Positions 20,522-30,259 are shown, counted from the stretch's first letter. The stretch: 64,000 nt of DNA from Campylobacterales bacterium (GCA_038205935.1 JBBRBK010000005.1:4704-68703); one strand, 5' to 3'. Made by a program: numbers and translations. Notes: a model not told the origin generated them from the letters alone.

Positions 20522-21942
20522 TCTTTATATAAATAAACCCTTCCAAGAGGAAGGGGCATAGCATTCAAGCCATCTTTTTCATACTCAAGCTTCACTGTCA
20601 CCTCTGCATCTAAACTTTTTATCCACTGCTTCGTATACGCATCATAGATCAAACTTTTTCCTGCCAGCCATTTTGAGTTAAGCTTTAAATATTTCTCTCC
20701 TGTGTAGGAGCTAGAAACTAGGACAAAACCTTTTGTAAAAAATCGTATATATCCATGGATGACACCCACTTTTTCGTAACTCTTGCCTAGTGGCTTACCC
20801 AGATCATAAAAGTAGATATCATCTTGTTCCAACTCAGAGTTATAGGGAACCTGTGCATATACGATGTTATCTGTCAACTTGCCCATCGCATAGCCATAAT
20901 AGATCCCATTTTTAGGTTGACTTAGACGATACACTTTACTGCCGGGATAAAGAATTTCATATTTTGGTCCTAAATAATTGAGATAGATAAAATTTTCAAA
21001 ACCATATTTTTTATATTTTTCTTTATAGCTCGTTAAAAGATCTATATATTTAATGGAATCATCAATTGTTTTAGAGTTATTATATATGGGAAAGTACTTT
21101 GTTGTTTGAATATTTTCTACCCATCCTTTCCCTTCAACCTGAATGGATCTTTTTTCGTCATTTGTAGATGTAATATAACTTTCTGTCATATCATACTTGA
21201 TATAAGGCAAAAGATATTTATCTTGTCTAAAAGCTTGATTTGTTATAAAAAAAACTCCTAACTCTTTTAATTTTTTATAAAAATTACCAATGATTTCATA
21301 ATAGTTTTTATGGGGATTGAGTCTTTTAAAATTATCAAGTATTATCTTGTATTTTGCATCTTCAATATACTTGCCATCAGCCCAATCGAAAAAGAGGCCA
21401 TTAAGCCCACTTGCTTTCATGTCTGCTTGCAACTGCTCTATTTTGTAATCAAATACTTTTTTGTTTGCTAGATTATAATAATAATCATGACACCATTCAT
21501 AGTGGCTTTCTTCAGAATGTAAAAATGGGCCATCAGGATTTAATGTTGCACTTTTTTTATTTTGATATATCCAATTAACTATAGGACGATTCTCTCCGCT
21601 AAGATAATAATAAAATGCAGGCATCCAGTCATATCCCAGACGATGCTCAACAAAAGCTAGCCCTGCTTTTTGAACTTTTTGAGAACTGATTCGCTTATCA
21701 TCGACTCCCCCAAACTCTACAACACTAAATCGCTTTGCCCATGCTACTTCATTCTCTCCATTAAACAGTGAAGCTATTGCGAATTCACCTTTCTTTTTAC
21801 TCACTTTCAAGGAGCTTGTTTTAGAGCTTTTAAGCGTGTGAAACTCGCTTTTAGACACAAACTGTGAGCTAACATCTGGTAACGCATAAATGGATGTATG
21901 ATATAAAAAAGTTGAAATGACAACCAAAAGAACTGGCTTCAT
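20518..21942 (-). CDS. Secreted TIM-barrel glycoside-hydrolase-like protein (GH114 / PelA-hydrolase-like, tentative)
   Basis: Signal peptide. Block ASGLNGLFFDWADG resembles the GFDGVFLD-type strand of GH114/GHL families. It is the last gene of the EPS operon and its ATG overlaps the upstream TGA (ATGA). Confidence 0.4.
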   Translation of the reverse strand: MKPVLLVVISTFLYHTSIYALPDVSSQFVSKSEFHTLKSSKTSSLKVSKKKGEFAIASLFNGENEVAWAKRFSVVEFGGVDDKRISSQKVQKAGLAFVEHRLGYDWMPAFYYYLSGENRPIVNWIYQNKKSATLNPDGPFLHSEESHYEWCHDYYYNLANKKVFDYKIEQLQADMKASGLNGLFFDWADGKYIEDAKYKIILDNFKRLNPHKNYYEIIGNFYKKLKELGVFFITNQAFRQDKYLLPYIKYDMTESYITSTNDEKRSIQVEGKGWVENIQTTKYFPIYNNSKTIDDSIKYIDLLTSYKEKYKKYGFENFIYLNYLGPKYEILYPGSKVYRLSQPKNGIYYGYAMGKLTDNIVYAQVPYNSELEQDDIYFYDLGKPLGKSYEKVGVIHGYIRFFTKGFVLVSSSYTGEKYLKLNSKWLAGKSLIYDAYTKQWIKSLDAEVTVKLEYEKDGLNAMPLPLGRVYLYKD

Positions 21943-22838
21943 TTCATAAGGTCCTTCAATCTGATATTTTTACTAATAAAAATAGGATAAAAAAGGATAA
22001 AGTCCACAAGAAGTAATATCATATGATAGAGAGTTGCACTCATAAGTGCATCCTCTTTTGGAACTCCATGCGCAGTTAAAATAAATACAACAGCGCCCTC
22101 AAATGCACCAATACCAGCAGGTGCTAAAGGAATTGCAAAAGCTATACTTGAGACAATAAAGAGTTACAAGATAGTGCTCAAACTAAGACCAAAATGAACG
22201 CCATACTTAAAAAAAAGTATGTTGCTAAGTAAATACACAAACCATATATACAGTGTATATGCAAATATCCCTAGTGAGGATTTAAATAAAAGATTGATAT
22301 TTTTATAGATTTTTTGTGTATAGACTCTAAAAAATTGTATAGGTATCTTTTTTAAAAAAACTAATACATATTTTGTATTGAAAACAAGTACCACAAATAT
22401 TATGAACACTGAAAGTAAAACAATGGACTGCTTTAAAAGTTCATTTGTAAAATATCCATACGCCCATAAACAGATCAATAGAAATAAAACAATCACATCA
22501 AAAAATCTTTCGATAAGCATAATAGATAAGGCTTTATTGTAATTAAATTTATAGAATTTTTTTAAATACAAAGCCTTTGATAATTCACCCAATTTGGCAG
22601 GTAGGATAACGTTTAACATGCTTGAAACAACCATAGTTTCATAGGATATTTTAAAAGAAAGTTTAGACATCATTTGCCATCGTTGGGCCACAACGATCTG
22701 CCCTAGTACAATGGAAATAAAAGTTAAAATTATTCCAAATATGTAAAATATAGACAAATCTATTTCTTTTAGATCTAAACCATGAAAAAGATAATAGGCG
22801 ATGAGGATAAAAAAAGTAATCTGTATTAACTTATGCAT
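21939..22838 (-). pseudogene. Flippase-like (lysylphosphatidylglycerol-synthase TM region family) membrane protein interrupted by an in-frame TAA
   Basis: The ORF-track piece 22164-22838 ends ...GLSLSTIL at a TAA (22166-22164). The same frame continues for 74 codons: LFIVSSIAFAIPLAPAGIGAFEGAVVFILTAHGVPKEDALMSATLYHMILLLVDFILFYPIFISKNIRLKDLMK. This stretch carries the family PxGxGxxE motif and ends in a TGA that overlaps the next ATG. Confidence 0.6.
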
Positions 22839-23580
22839 GGATAATCTCGTGTAATTTATTTATTGTAGATCCGTTACTGTAAAAAGCTAAAAAATAATCC
22901 ACATTAAACTTTGCATTTTTTTGAAAACTCCGTATCATATTTGTATCCATTAGTTCATAAGGATGTATATATAAAGTTGGTTTCTCAATTCTTTTAAATA
23001 ATCTTTTTAAAAGCCATAAGGGAAGTACACGCAAATAGAATCCTCCACTAAATGGGATAAAGTCTCTTTTGACTGGTCTTTCTTCTATTAAACCCGATTG
23101 TGTATAAATGTTAAAAGGTTCTTTCTTATTTATTTCATTTCCGTACATGTAATTCTTCATAGGGAAGTAGGAGGAAGAATAAAGAAATCCCATTTTCACT
23201 AACTCTTCATAATATCTTTTTTCAAAAGGCATAGACCAATTAACAGCACGATATCCTACAATTTTTTTACAAATCAGATCTTCAAGATAATTTTTTGCCG
23301 TTTGTATTTCATCTTTCCAAGTCTCAAAAGAAATATTATAAATCAACTCATGATAATAGCCATGACACCCTATTTCAATACCCGCATCTGATATTTTTTT
23401 TATCAAATACGGAAATTTTTTTGCAAATGTTACCAATACAAATGCCGTTGCGCGACGATTTTGAGCAAGCTCAATAAAAATATCAATCATCTTTTCATAC
23501 TCTATCTCTGGTTTGGACGTCCATTTTATATCAAAATTCATATCTTGAATTTCTTCCACATCAATCGTAAGCCACATCAT
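22831..23580 (-). CDS. Polysaccharide deacetylase family protein (CE4-like)
   Basis: N-terminus WLTIDVEEIQD resembles the TxDVED start of the deacetylases found next to FemAB-like genes in EPS loci. GCHGYYHE His block. Overlaps both neighbours. Confidence 0.55.
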   Translation of the reverse strand: MMWLTIDVEEIQDMNFDIKWTSKPEIEYEKMIDIFIELAQNRRATAFVLVTFAKKFPYLIKKISDAGIEIGCHGYYHELIYNISFETWKDEIQTAKNYLEDLICKKIVGYRAVNWSMPFEKRYYEELVKMGFLYSSSYFPMKNYMYGNEINKKEPFNIYTQSGLIEERPVKRDFIPFSGGFYLRVLPLWLLKRLFKRIEKPTLYIHPYELMDTNMIRSFQKNAKFNVDYFLAFYSNGSTINKLHEIIHA

Positions 23581-24533
23581 AAATCCACCAAATATTTACA
23601 AAGTTTTGGTCCCATAAAGTCAACCAAAATTTTTGGAAGTTTTTTCCATACATTTGACGCTAAAGAGTATTTTTCGTAAATATCTTCTTGCTCAGAACAA
23701 ATAATATCTATCTTCACAGGCAAAGCTCCAAATTGAAGTTTAAAGTCATACGTAGGTCCTCCATAAGAGGATCTACCAAAATCAAATATCTTTACATGTA
23801 AGCGATCACACATATCTTGTAGTACACTCCAATAGATGTAATATCCCGCCATTTTTTTTGTGTAGTTTGGATCAACACCACCCCATGGATACCATGCAAG
23901 ATCTCCATCTAAAATAATACACATAGATGCTATTACACTAGTGCCATCATAGAGGTTGTAAAATACAATCTGATCTTGAAACTCATCTCTTAAGTATATA
24001 AATAATTTTTTATCTAATACAGGAGTACCATGCTTATGCACCGTCTCTGAAAAGATCTTATAAAAATCATCTATATCTTGCTGTGCGTTTCCATAGGCAA
24101 ATGAGAAGTTGTTTTTTTTCAAACTATTTTTGATCTTATTTCTACATCTTGATTTAATATTTTCATTGAAAAGTTCTTGACTACTTTTTCCTTCAAGAAA
24201 TAATCGCATCGTTACCGTATCACTTTTTTTATAATCTTTGTACTCAAAGTTTAGTGTTTTAATCTGAAAGTGATTATCTTTTCCGAGTTCAAGAAGATCA
24301 GCAATATTTTGATGAGTTCTATCTGAATAACTAAGTAAAGGAAGATAAGAAAGTGTTTTTTTTCCAATGATTGAGGAAACAACTAGAAAATCCATATAGC
24401 TTTTATATGCATACAATTCCTGTAATACTTTAGTAAACTTTTTAATAAAAGACTGGGAATGAAGCAGTTTTAAAGAGCTATTCACATTTTGTTGCATTAT
24501 GCTTTGCACCTTCACGAATGATTTGTGTAACAA
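23577..24533 (-). CDS. FemAB-like / GNAT-fold acyl(aminoacyl)transferase
   Basis: C-terminal WYPWGGVDPNYTKKMAGYYIYWSVLQDMC...FDFGRSSYGGPTYDFKLQFGA matches the FemAB-family pattern. The start is uncertain because the ORF overlaps the upstream gene by 56 nt; an alternative ATG is at 24497. Confidence 0.55.
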   Translation of the reverse strand: MLHKSFVKVQSIMQQNVNSSLKLLHSQSFIKKFTKVLQELYAYKSYMDFLVVSSIIGKKTLSYLPLLSYSDRTHQNIADLLELGKDNHFQIKTLNFEYKDYKKSDTVTMRLFLEGKSSQELFNENIKSRCRNKIKNSLKKNNFSFAYGNAQQDIDDFYKIFSETVHKHGTPVLDKKLFIYLRDEFQDQIVFYNLYDGTSVIASMCIILDGDLAWYPWGGVDPNYTKKMAGYYIYWSVLQDMCDRLHVKIFDFGRSSYGGPTYDFKLQFGALPVKIDIICSEQEDIYEKYSLASNVWKKLPKILVDFMGPKLCKYLVDL

Positions 24534-24804
24534 CTGTATTGCTATTCATCTGCCCTACATACAGGACTATATTTATAAGACTTGTAATAGCAATAACAAT
24601 ATAAACAACAAGATCGGTTCCATTTTTAATAGAAAAGAAATGTGCAACTTCATCTGCTAATGATGGGTTTAAAATAAAAAGAAATAATATAAAATATCCC
24701 GTTAGAACGCCCATTTTTTGAAATATTTTCAACCTTTGTGAGAAGGAGAATACAATAAATACAATTGTTAAAACAGCAAGTAAAAATATCTTTAAAAAAA
24801 TCAT
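24478..24804 (-). CDS. Small membrane protein (DUF2304-like GT2 partner)
   Basis: 108 aa with 3-4 TM segments, immediately downstream of and overlapping the GT2 gene (ATGA). This is the usual arrangement for DUF2304 as I recall it. Confidence 0.45.
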   Translation of the reverse strand: MIFLKIFLLAVLTIVFIVFSFSQRLKIFQKMGVLTGYFILFLFILNPSLADEVAHFFSIKNGTDLVVYIVIAITSLINIVLYVGQMNSNTVVTQIIREGAKHNATKCE

Positions 24805-25499
24805 TTTACTAAACTCCCAACAAAATAATCTAAGACAATATTAATACTGTTCCACATCGATTGTCCTTTTTGGATTGAGTACTCTGTATAGCGGATGTTA
24901 CATGGCATCTCCACATAGCGCATCTTTAATCCTTGGATTATGCTAATAATCTCGGATGCATGTGCCATTCTATTTTGAGTAATTTTAAAATTTGGAAATG
25001 CTGCGATATTAATCGCTCGAAGCCCATTATGAGAATCTGTCAACATAAGTCCCGTTGTTGTCCAAGTAAAAATTCTCGATGCCTTTAGAAGATACTTCTT
25101 TCTAGTTGGCATGTTTTGTGTTTCTCCTAAAAATCTTGATCCAAGCACAATATCCACTTTATTTTCTTGAAGTACACTGACAAAAGATTTAATATCTAAA
25201 GGATCATGTTGTCCATCAGAATCAAAAGTCACGGCGTACTTGCATCCAAGTTGTCTAGCATATTCAATCCCAGTTTGCAAAGCTGCTCCCTGCCCTAGAT
25301 TTACAACATGACGAAGCAGATAGACTCCTTTGAGACAAGCCGCCTGATAACTACGATCTTCCGAGCAATCATCTACAACAATAATAGCGAAAGCGGGATA
25401 CTGTTTTTGCAGCTCTGCCAAGACATCTCCAATAACAACTACCTCGTTATAAAGTGGGATTACAATGGCTATTTCACTACTATTTTGCACCATCTTCAA
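24801..25499 (-). CDS. Family 2 glycosyltransferase (polyprenyl-phosphate sugar synthase-like, DPM1/GtrB type)
   Basis: IAIVIPLYNE, IVVDDCSEDRS and FDSDGQHDP motifs. The 232-aa soluble GT-A domain lacks C-terminal TM helices. Confidence 0.85.
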   Translation of the reverse strand: MKMVQNSSEIAIVIPLYNEVVVIGDVLAELQKQYPAFAIIVVDDCSEDRSYQAACLKGVYLLRHVVNLGQGAALQTGIEYARQLGCKYAVTFDSDGQHDPLDIKSFVSVLQENKVDIVLGSRFLGETQNMPTRKKYLLKASRIFTWTTTGLMLTDSHNGLRAINIAAFPNFKITQNRMAHASEIISIIQGLKMRYVEMPCNIRYTEYSIQKGQSMWNSINIVLDYFVGSLVK

Positions 25500-25507
25500 T
25501 TCCTTTT

Positions 25508-27010
25508 TTAAGATATATCATTTTTTGATTTAAGCTTATCTATTTTATTTTTTATGCTTTTTTCAACCTCTAAGAATGCATCGACAACAACATTACTAAA
25601 CATCTTCTCTTTTAAAGCAATAATCTCTGATACTGCTTGCTCGTGAGTTTTTCCTGCTTTATAGGAACGATCACCGGTAATACCAGCATAGAACTCACCA
25701 AGCGCTACAATCTGTGCATTAAGCGGTATTTGTGATTCTTTTAAACCTAAAGGGTAGCCTTTGCCATCATATCTTTCATGATGAAATTTTATAATATCTA
25801 CAATTGGATAGATATGAGCAATTGGCTCGACTAGGATACTTCCTATCAAAGGATGTTCTTTTATAAGGTTCATCTCGGTTTCACCAAACTGATCTTTATC
25901 TAACACAGCTAAAAGATCACCAATCATTCCTATGTCGTGTAAATATGCTCCCATAGAGATAGCATCTATATCATTTTGTGATAAGAAAAGTGATCCTGCG
26001 ATATCAACAGAAACCACTTGAACAATCAGAGAGTGGTTTTTATAATATACGTTTTCTAATTCGATGGCTTCATTGGTAAAATTAAGAAGTTCTATATAAT
26101 TTTGGACGATCTCACTGTTTTTATCACTATTCATCATAAAGGCGCCAGCCATATCTAAAAATGAACCTACTTGTGTAACAGTATCTCCTTGTAAAGTTTT
26201 ATCATCATAAAATTCCAATTTATACGGAGTATTTCTAATATAAAACACCTTTTGTAGAGTAGTTAGATTCTTTGGTTTATATTCAAAAACAGTTTCATTC
26301 TCTTTTGTTAAAAGTTTTGCACCTTTTGCTTTTGTGATTTTTAAAACAAGTGCAACGAAAAATTTAAAAAACTGCTTTTTATCCATTTGTAATTTCATTA
26401 AAGAGATAGAGGTATCACGGCTTACATTTGAAAGTCTGCCTTCACCTTTAGAATTAAAACTATTTGATATCTCATCATAATAACTCAGCATAATGTCAAA
26501 AAAACCTGTGTATTTTTTTAAATCAGGCCTAGAGTAGGAAAAAAAGAGGAGCATACTTTTTTCACTGCTGTTAATAAAATTACTTACCATATAATTGCCA
26601 CTTTTTAAAAATGTTTTGATCTCTTTTTTACTAACTCGTAGTGGAACTGCAACACTCTTTTCTAAAACAGCATTCGATTCTACAAGAATATATGTTTCAC
26701 CTCTGAGTTCATATAACCCGCAGAACTTCGCATCTACAAGATCAATACTTTTAAGTAAAAAAAGATCTACATCTTTAAGAGATTGCTTCGAACTCAACTC
26801 GTGCAAATAATCATTAAAGCGATTAAAATCGGCCTGTAAGCGTAAGTTTTTCTTAAATAAAAACATGTAGACAAACAATAGCAACAAAGCAATGAGAAGA
26901 AAAAACCACCATGCTTGACCTAAAAAGGTGTTTAATTCAGCCAAATTTGACTTAATGATATCTGGTAATATAAAATTAAAATAGTATCTACTCTGTTCAA
27001 ATGTTGTCAT
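25508..27010 (-). CDS. Membrane-anchored HD-GYP domain protein (c-di-GMP phosphodiesterase family) with an uncharacterised, GAF-like N-terminal sensor region
   Basis: One TM (AWWFFLLIALLLLFVYMFLF). About 300 aa of unassigned region. HD-GYP core GAYLHDIGMIG ... FHHERYDGKGYPLGL looks catalytically intact. The ATG at 27010 is preferred over the TTG at 27043. Confidence 0.85.
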   Translation of the reverse strand: MTTFEQSRYYFNFILPDIIKSNLAELNTFLGQAWWFFLLIALLLLFVYMFLFKKNLRLQADFNRFNDYLHELSSKQSLKDVDLFLLKSIDLVDAKFCGLYELRGETYILVESNAVLEKSVAVPLRVSKKEIKTFLKSGNYMVSNFINSSEKSMLLFFSYSRPDLKKYTGFFDIMLSYYDEISNSFNSKGEGRLSNVSRDTSISLMKLQMDKKQFFKFFVALVLKITKAKGAKLLTKENETVFEYKPKNLTTLQKVFYIRNTPYKLEFYDDKTLQGDTVTQVGSFLDMAGAFMMNSDKNSEIVQNYIELLNFTNEAIELENVYYKNHSLIVQVVSVDIAGSLFLSQNDIDAISMGAYLHDIGMIGDLLAVLDKDQFGETEMNLIKEHPLIGSILVEPIAHIYPIVDIIKFHHERYDGKGYPLGLKESQIPLNAQIVALGEFYAGITGDRSYKAGKTHEQAVSEIIALKEKMFSNVVVDAFLEVEKSIKNKIDKLKSKNDIS

Positions 27011-29180
27011 TTTTTTTCTTTTCCTCTTCTTGTAATTTATCAATATATTCTTGATTGTCTATTTCATAAATACTCACTGTACCCGTATTTTTGTACAATT
27101 TAATGTTGTGATGATTCGCACTATATATTAGAACCCAAGTTTTAATATTCTTTTGCACATCACCTCTCCAGCGATAATACCATTCATTTAGACCCATATA
27201 ATTCCCTGGAAAATTTTCTACAAAGACATAAACTTTATTCGTCGGTACTTCAAGATAATGTGCTGTTGGAGAATAGTCCATTAGAAAATTTTGAGTGTTT
27301 AGGTGATACCCTTTGTTTAAAACTTTAGCGTAAGCCTGAACGTATGCGACAGCGGTCCAGGTAAAAGGCCTATTTTCATCATTAATTTTCAAAATTGTTT
27401 CTGGGATCGAGGTATATTCTATTTCATTAAGGCTTGTCCAAAATCTGTCAGAATTAATCCATTTTGGAAGAACTAATAGTCCTATAGCAAATATTACATA
27501 GGCAAATAATATAATTGGATATTTTGTATGTTTCTTAAAGGTCCAAAAAATCGGTTTATAAAAAAAATAAAAAAAATAGAAAGAAGAAAGAAGAGTAATC
27601 GATAAAAAAAGATACTCAGCCTGTCTGCTCTGTTTTGCTAAAAGAGGCAATCCTGCATTTGGTCCAAAATAGGAGATAAAAACAGCTGTCACAATTAACA
27701 AAATCGATATATTCACAAATCTTTTTTTTGTGAACAAAGCCACAATAAAAGAAAATCCAACCATAATAAATAAAAAAATATGGACTTTCGTAATATGTAC
27801 AATGGATACTGAATTAATACCAAGAGTAACAGTTTGTTTCATCTGATTTTTTGTCTGAAGCAGTTTATCTATAAAAGGTGCAGCAGCACCAAAATCTTGT
27901 GGTATTCCAAATTTTATGATCGAGAGCATCCATAGATTTCCTACAATCGTAGCAATTACAACAACTAATAAACCTTTTTTCAAAAGCTTCATATCAATTT
28001 TTCTAAATAATAAAGCATTGATCGCAATAAGTACACTCATAATAGCCAAAAAGATTGCTCCACCACCATGGAAAGTAAAAACAAGCATCAATGTTAAACC
28101 GTACATGTAAAGATAACGGTTTAGCTTTGTATCTAATGTTTTTATTAAAAAATATGCATTTAAGAGTACAAACACAGATGCTTCTTCATAAGCCAATCCA
28201 GAAACATACCTTAAATAAGGAATATCACCAATATTATTTCCCTGTGTTAATAGATCACTCATCTGAGGTGCATAAAATAACAGGTGATGAAAATCAATAA
28301 TTTGGGGATTAGAGATCTCAAATATTTTTCCTAAAATAATATTTGCAAGCGGACTCATCAAGACTAGTCCATGAACCATAACTGCAACTAAACCAACATA
28401 CTTAGAATGTGTATAATCTCTTACAACATAGTATATAGAAAGATAAAGAGCCAAAAGAATTAAAATAGGAAAAAGGCTAAAGAGGATAATCTGATCAAGA
28501 TTTGTAAAAAGATTCACAAAATAAATAATAATTGCTTGTCCATAAAAATCTGCACCAAAACTTTTATTGTCTGCGAAAAGTGTATTTTGCTGTAATATAC
28601 CAACCCATTCAATAAACTGAGCAGTATCTGGCATAGGATCACCGTAACTCAGCAAACCTCGAGCCATTAGCATAGCTATAATATAAAAAAATACCGATAC
28701 AAAAAGAGATGCCCGCAAAAAAGAATAAAATGTCATATCCTCTTGTTTATGAGTAAACCATTTTTTTGTATCACTAACTATTTTTTTACTTACCTCTTTT
28801 TTATTATCTAAGAGGTGTAAAAAGAAAACCATGGCACTTACTTTTATATATACAAATATATGAAAAATATCTTTTTTATAGTGCCATTTCAAAATAGCCA
28901 ACTTAGTTAAAACGAGCATAAAAATAAAAAGAAGAAGACTAAAAGCTTTAATAAAAATCAAAAATGTAACAACAATTTCAATATAAGCTGTCATATATAC
29001 AAAATTAAAAACTACTTTTTGCATACCCTCACCTGTATATTCTTGAGGAAATAACTTTGTTGGTAAAAGATAAAACATACCATACGCTAAGATCAATATT
29101 TTAACAATATACCAAATATTTTTTATAAGTATTTGGTATATAACATCGAGATCTAAAAAATATATACTATGCGGTATCAT
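26997..29180 (-). CDS. Large polytopic membrane protein with C-terminal extracytoplasmic domain (possible GT-C / YfhO-like glycosyltransferase; function unknown)
   Basis: 727-aa ORF. More than 12 hydrophobic segments followed by a soluble tail of about 130 aa. No motif confidently recognised. Confidence 0.5.
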   Translation of the reverse strand: MIPHSIYFLDLDVIYQILIKNIWYIVKILILAYGMFYLLPTKLFPQEYTGEGMQKVVFNFVYMTAYIEIVVTFLIFIKAFSLLLFIFMLVLTKLAILKWHYKKDIFHIFVYIKVSAMVFFLHLLDNKKEVSKKIVSDTKKWFTHKQEDMTFYSFLRASLFVSVFFYIIAMLMARGLLSYGDPMPDTAQFIEWVGILQQNTLFADNKSFGADFYGQAIIIYFVNLFTNLDQIILFSLFPILILLALYLSIYYVVRDYTHSKYVGLVAVMVHGLVLMSPLANIILGKIFEISNPQIIDFHHLLFYAPQMSDLLTQGNNIGDIPYLRYVSGLAYEEASVFVLLNAYFLIKTLDTKLNRYLYMYGLTLMLVFTFHGGGAIFLAIMSVLIAINALLFRKIDMKLLKKGLLVVVIATIVGNLWMLSIIKFGIPQDFGAAAPFIDKLLQTKNQMKQTVTLGINSVSIVHITKVHIFLFIMVGFSFIVALFTKKRFVNISILLIVTAVFISYFGPNAGLPLLAKQSRQAEYLFLSITLLSSFYFFYFFYKPIFWTFKKHTKYPIILFAYVIFAIGLLVLPKWINSDRFWTSLNEIEYTSIPETILKINDENRPFTWTAVAYVQAYAKVLNKGYHLNTQNFLMDYSPTAHYLEVPTNKVYVFVENFPGNYMGLNEWYYRWRGDVQKNIKTWVLIYSANHHNIKLYKNTGTVSIYEIDNQEYIDKLQEEEKKKNDNI

Positions 29181-29187
29181 CTATACT

Positions 29188-30249
29188 CTATTTTTTTATA
29201 CTAGTTGTTGTATTGTAGTCAGAAATCTGGCCACTATTCTTATTTTCAAGAGTTATCGGTACGACGACTACACCTGTCTCGTTTTTTGATTTAAAAGGAG
29301 TTTGAACCATTTTATCCGCTTTTAATTCCTTTTTTTTATCAACTTTTTTCATAAAATAATCTAACAATTTCCATCTCAATAATTCACCATCGTACATTTT
29401 GTCTTCAAAGTCAAAAGATCGTAAAAACACGACTCCGCCCTTTCCATATTTAACAAAAGTCACCAAAGGTGTCCCATTCTCGGACTCGAGTAAGTGATCT
29501 CCCTGAGGCATAAAATCTGCGTTAAGATAGTTATCTGTAGTTATTTGAAGAGTTTTTATATCTTGAAAAAATGGGATTTTACTTTTTGTTTTATACGTTA
29601 TTTGCAACGGTTCAAAATTTATAAAATCTATAGCCTTGCTTTCAGACTTATATATGTTAACTGTTTTACCAAAGAATGAGAGCTGTGAACTTTTGGAATC
29701 CATCATATTTTTCATCGCTTGAGAATCAATAATACCATCTTTTTTAAAAGTATCATATCTCGTAGAGTAGATACCTCCATCAATCCAAAGAACTCCTCCC
29801 TCGGATATCCATCCTTTAAGAATCTTTTGCTCTTCTAAAGAAAGATTATTGCTAAATCCAATATCTTCAAAAAGATCATTAGAAACCTTTTTAAACTGTT
29901 TTACCCACATTGGAAGCACATAAATAAAATTTTCTGCAGAGGGATTACTTTTTAATTTCCAAATATCAACATCTCTCAACGAAGCAAAATGGTATTCTGA
30001 ATTAAGCTGATTATAGAACTCATTTGAAAACTTTCCTTTATACCCAACTACTCTTTGATTAGAAATAAATGGAAAATCATTTAAAAGCGCTCTACCCGTG
30101 ATTGCGTCACCTTCCAATTTTTTAGGAGTGATATTATAAACTTCTACACGTTGTGCGGAAAGTAAACTTTTTTCAAGCTCTTCATCATTTTTCGAAGCAC
30201 ATCCTCCTAACAACAAAATAACCGATAGACTCAATATATAACTCTTCAT
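29188..30249 (-). CDS. Lipoprotein of unknown function
   Basis: Lipobox LLLGGCAS. 353 aa. Lies inside the EPS operon. Confidence 0.6.
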   Translation of the reverse strand: MKSYILSLSVILLLGGCASKNDEELEKSLLSAQRVEVYNITPKKLEGDAITGRALLNDFPFISNQRVVGYKGKFSNEFYNQLNSEYHFASLRDVDIWKLKSNPSAENFIYVLPMWVKQFKKVSNDLFEDIGFSNNLSLEEQKILKGWISEGGVLWIDGGIYSTRYDTFKKDGIIDSQAMKNMMDSKSSQLSFFGKTVNIYKSESKAIDFINFEPLQITYKTKSKIPFFQDIKTLQITTDNYLNADFMPQGDHLLESENGTPLVTFVKYGKGGVVFLRSFDFEDKMYDGELLRWKLLDYFMKKVDKKKELKADKMVQTPFKSKNETGVVVVPITLENKNSGQISDYNTTTSIKK

Positions 30250-30259
30250 ATAATCTCCT

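Noticed and set aside
28096-28122. Inverted repeat AAACCGT...ACGGTTT flanking a GTACATGTAA copy inside the 727-aa membrane-protein gene.
   Set aside because: A 7-bp stem with a 13-nt loop inside a coding region has no supporting context and is likely fortuitous.
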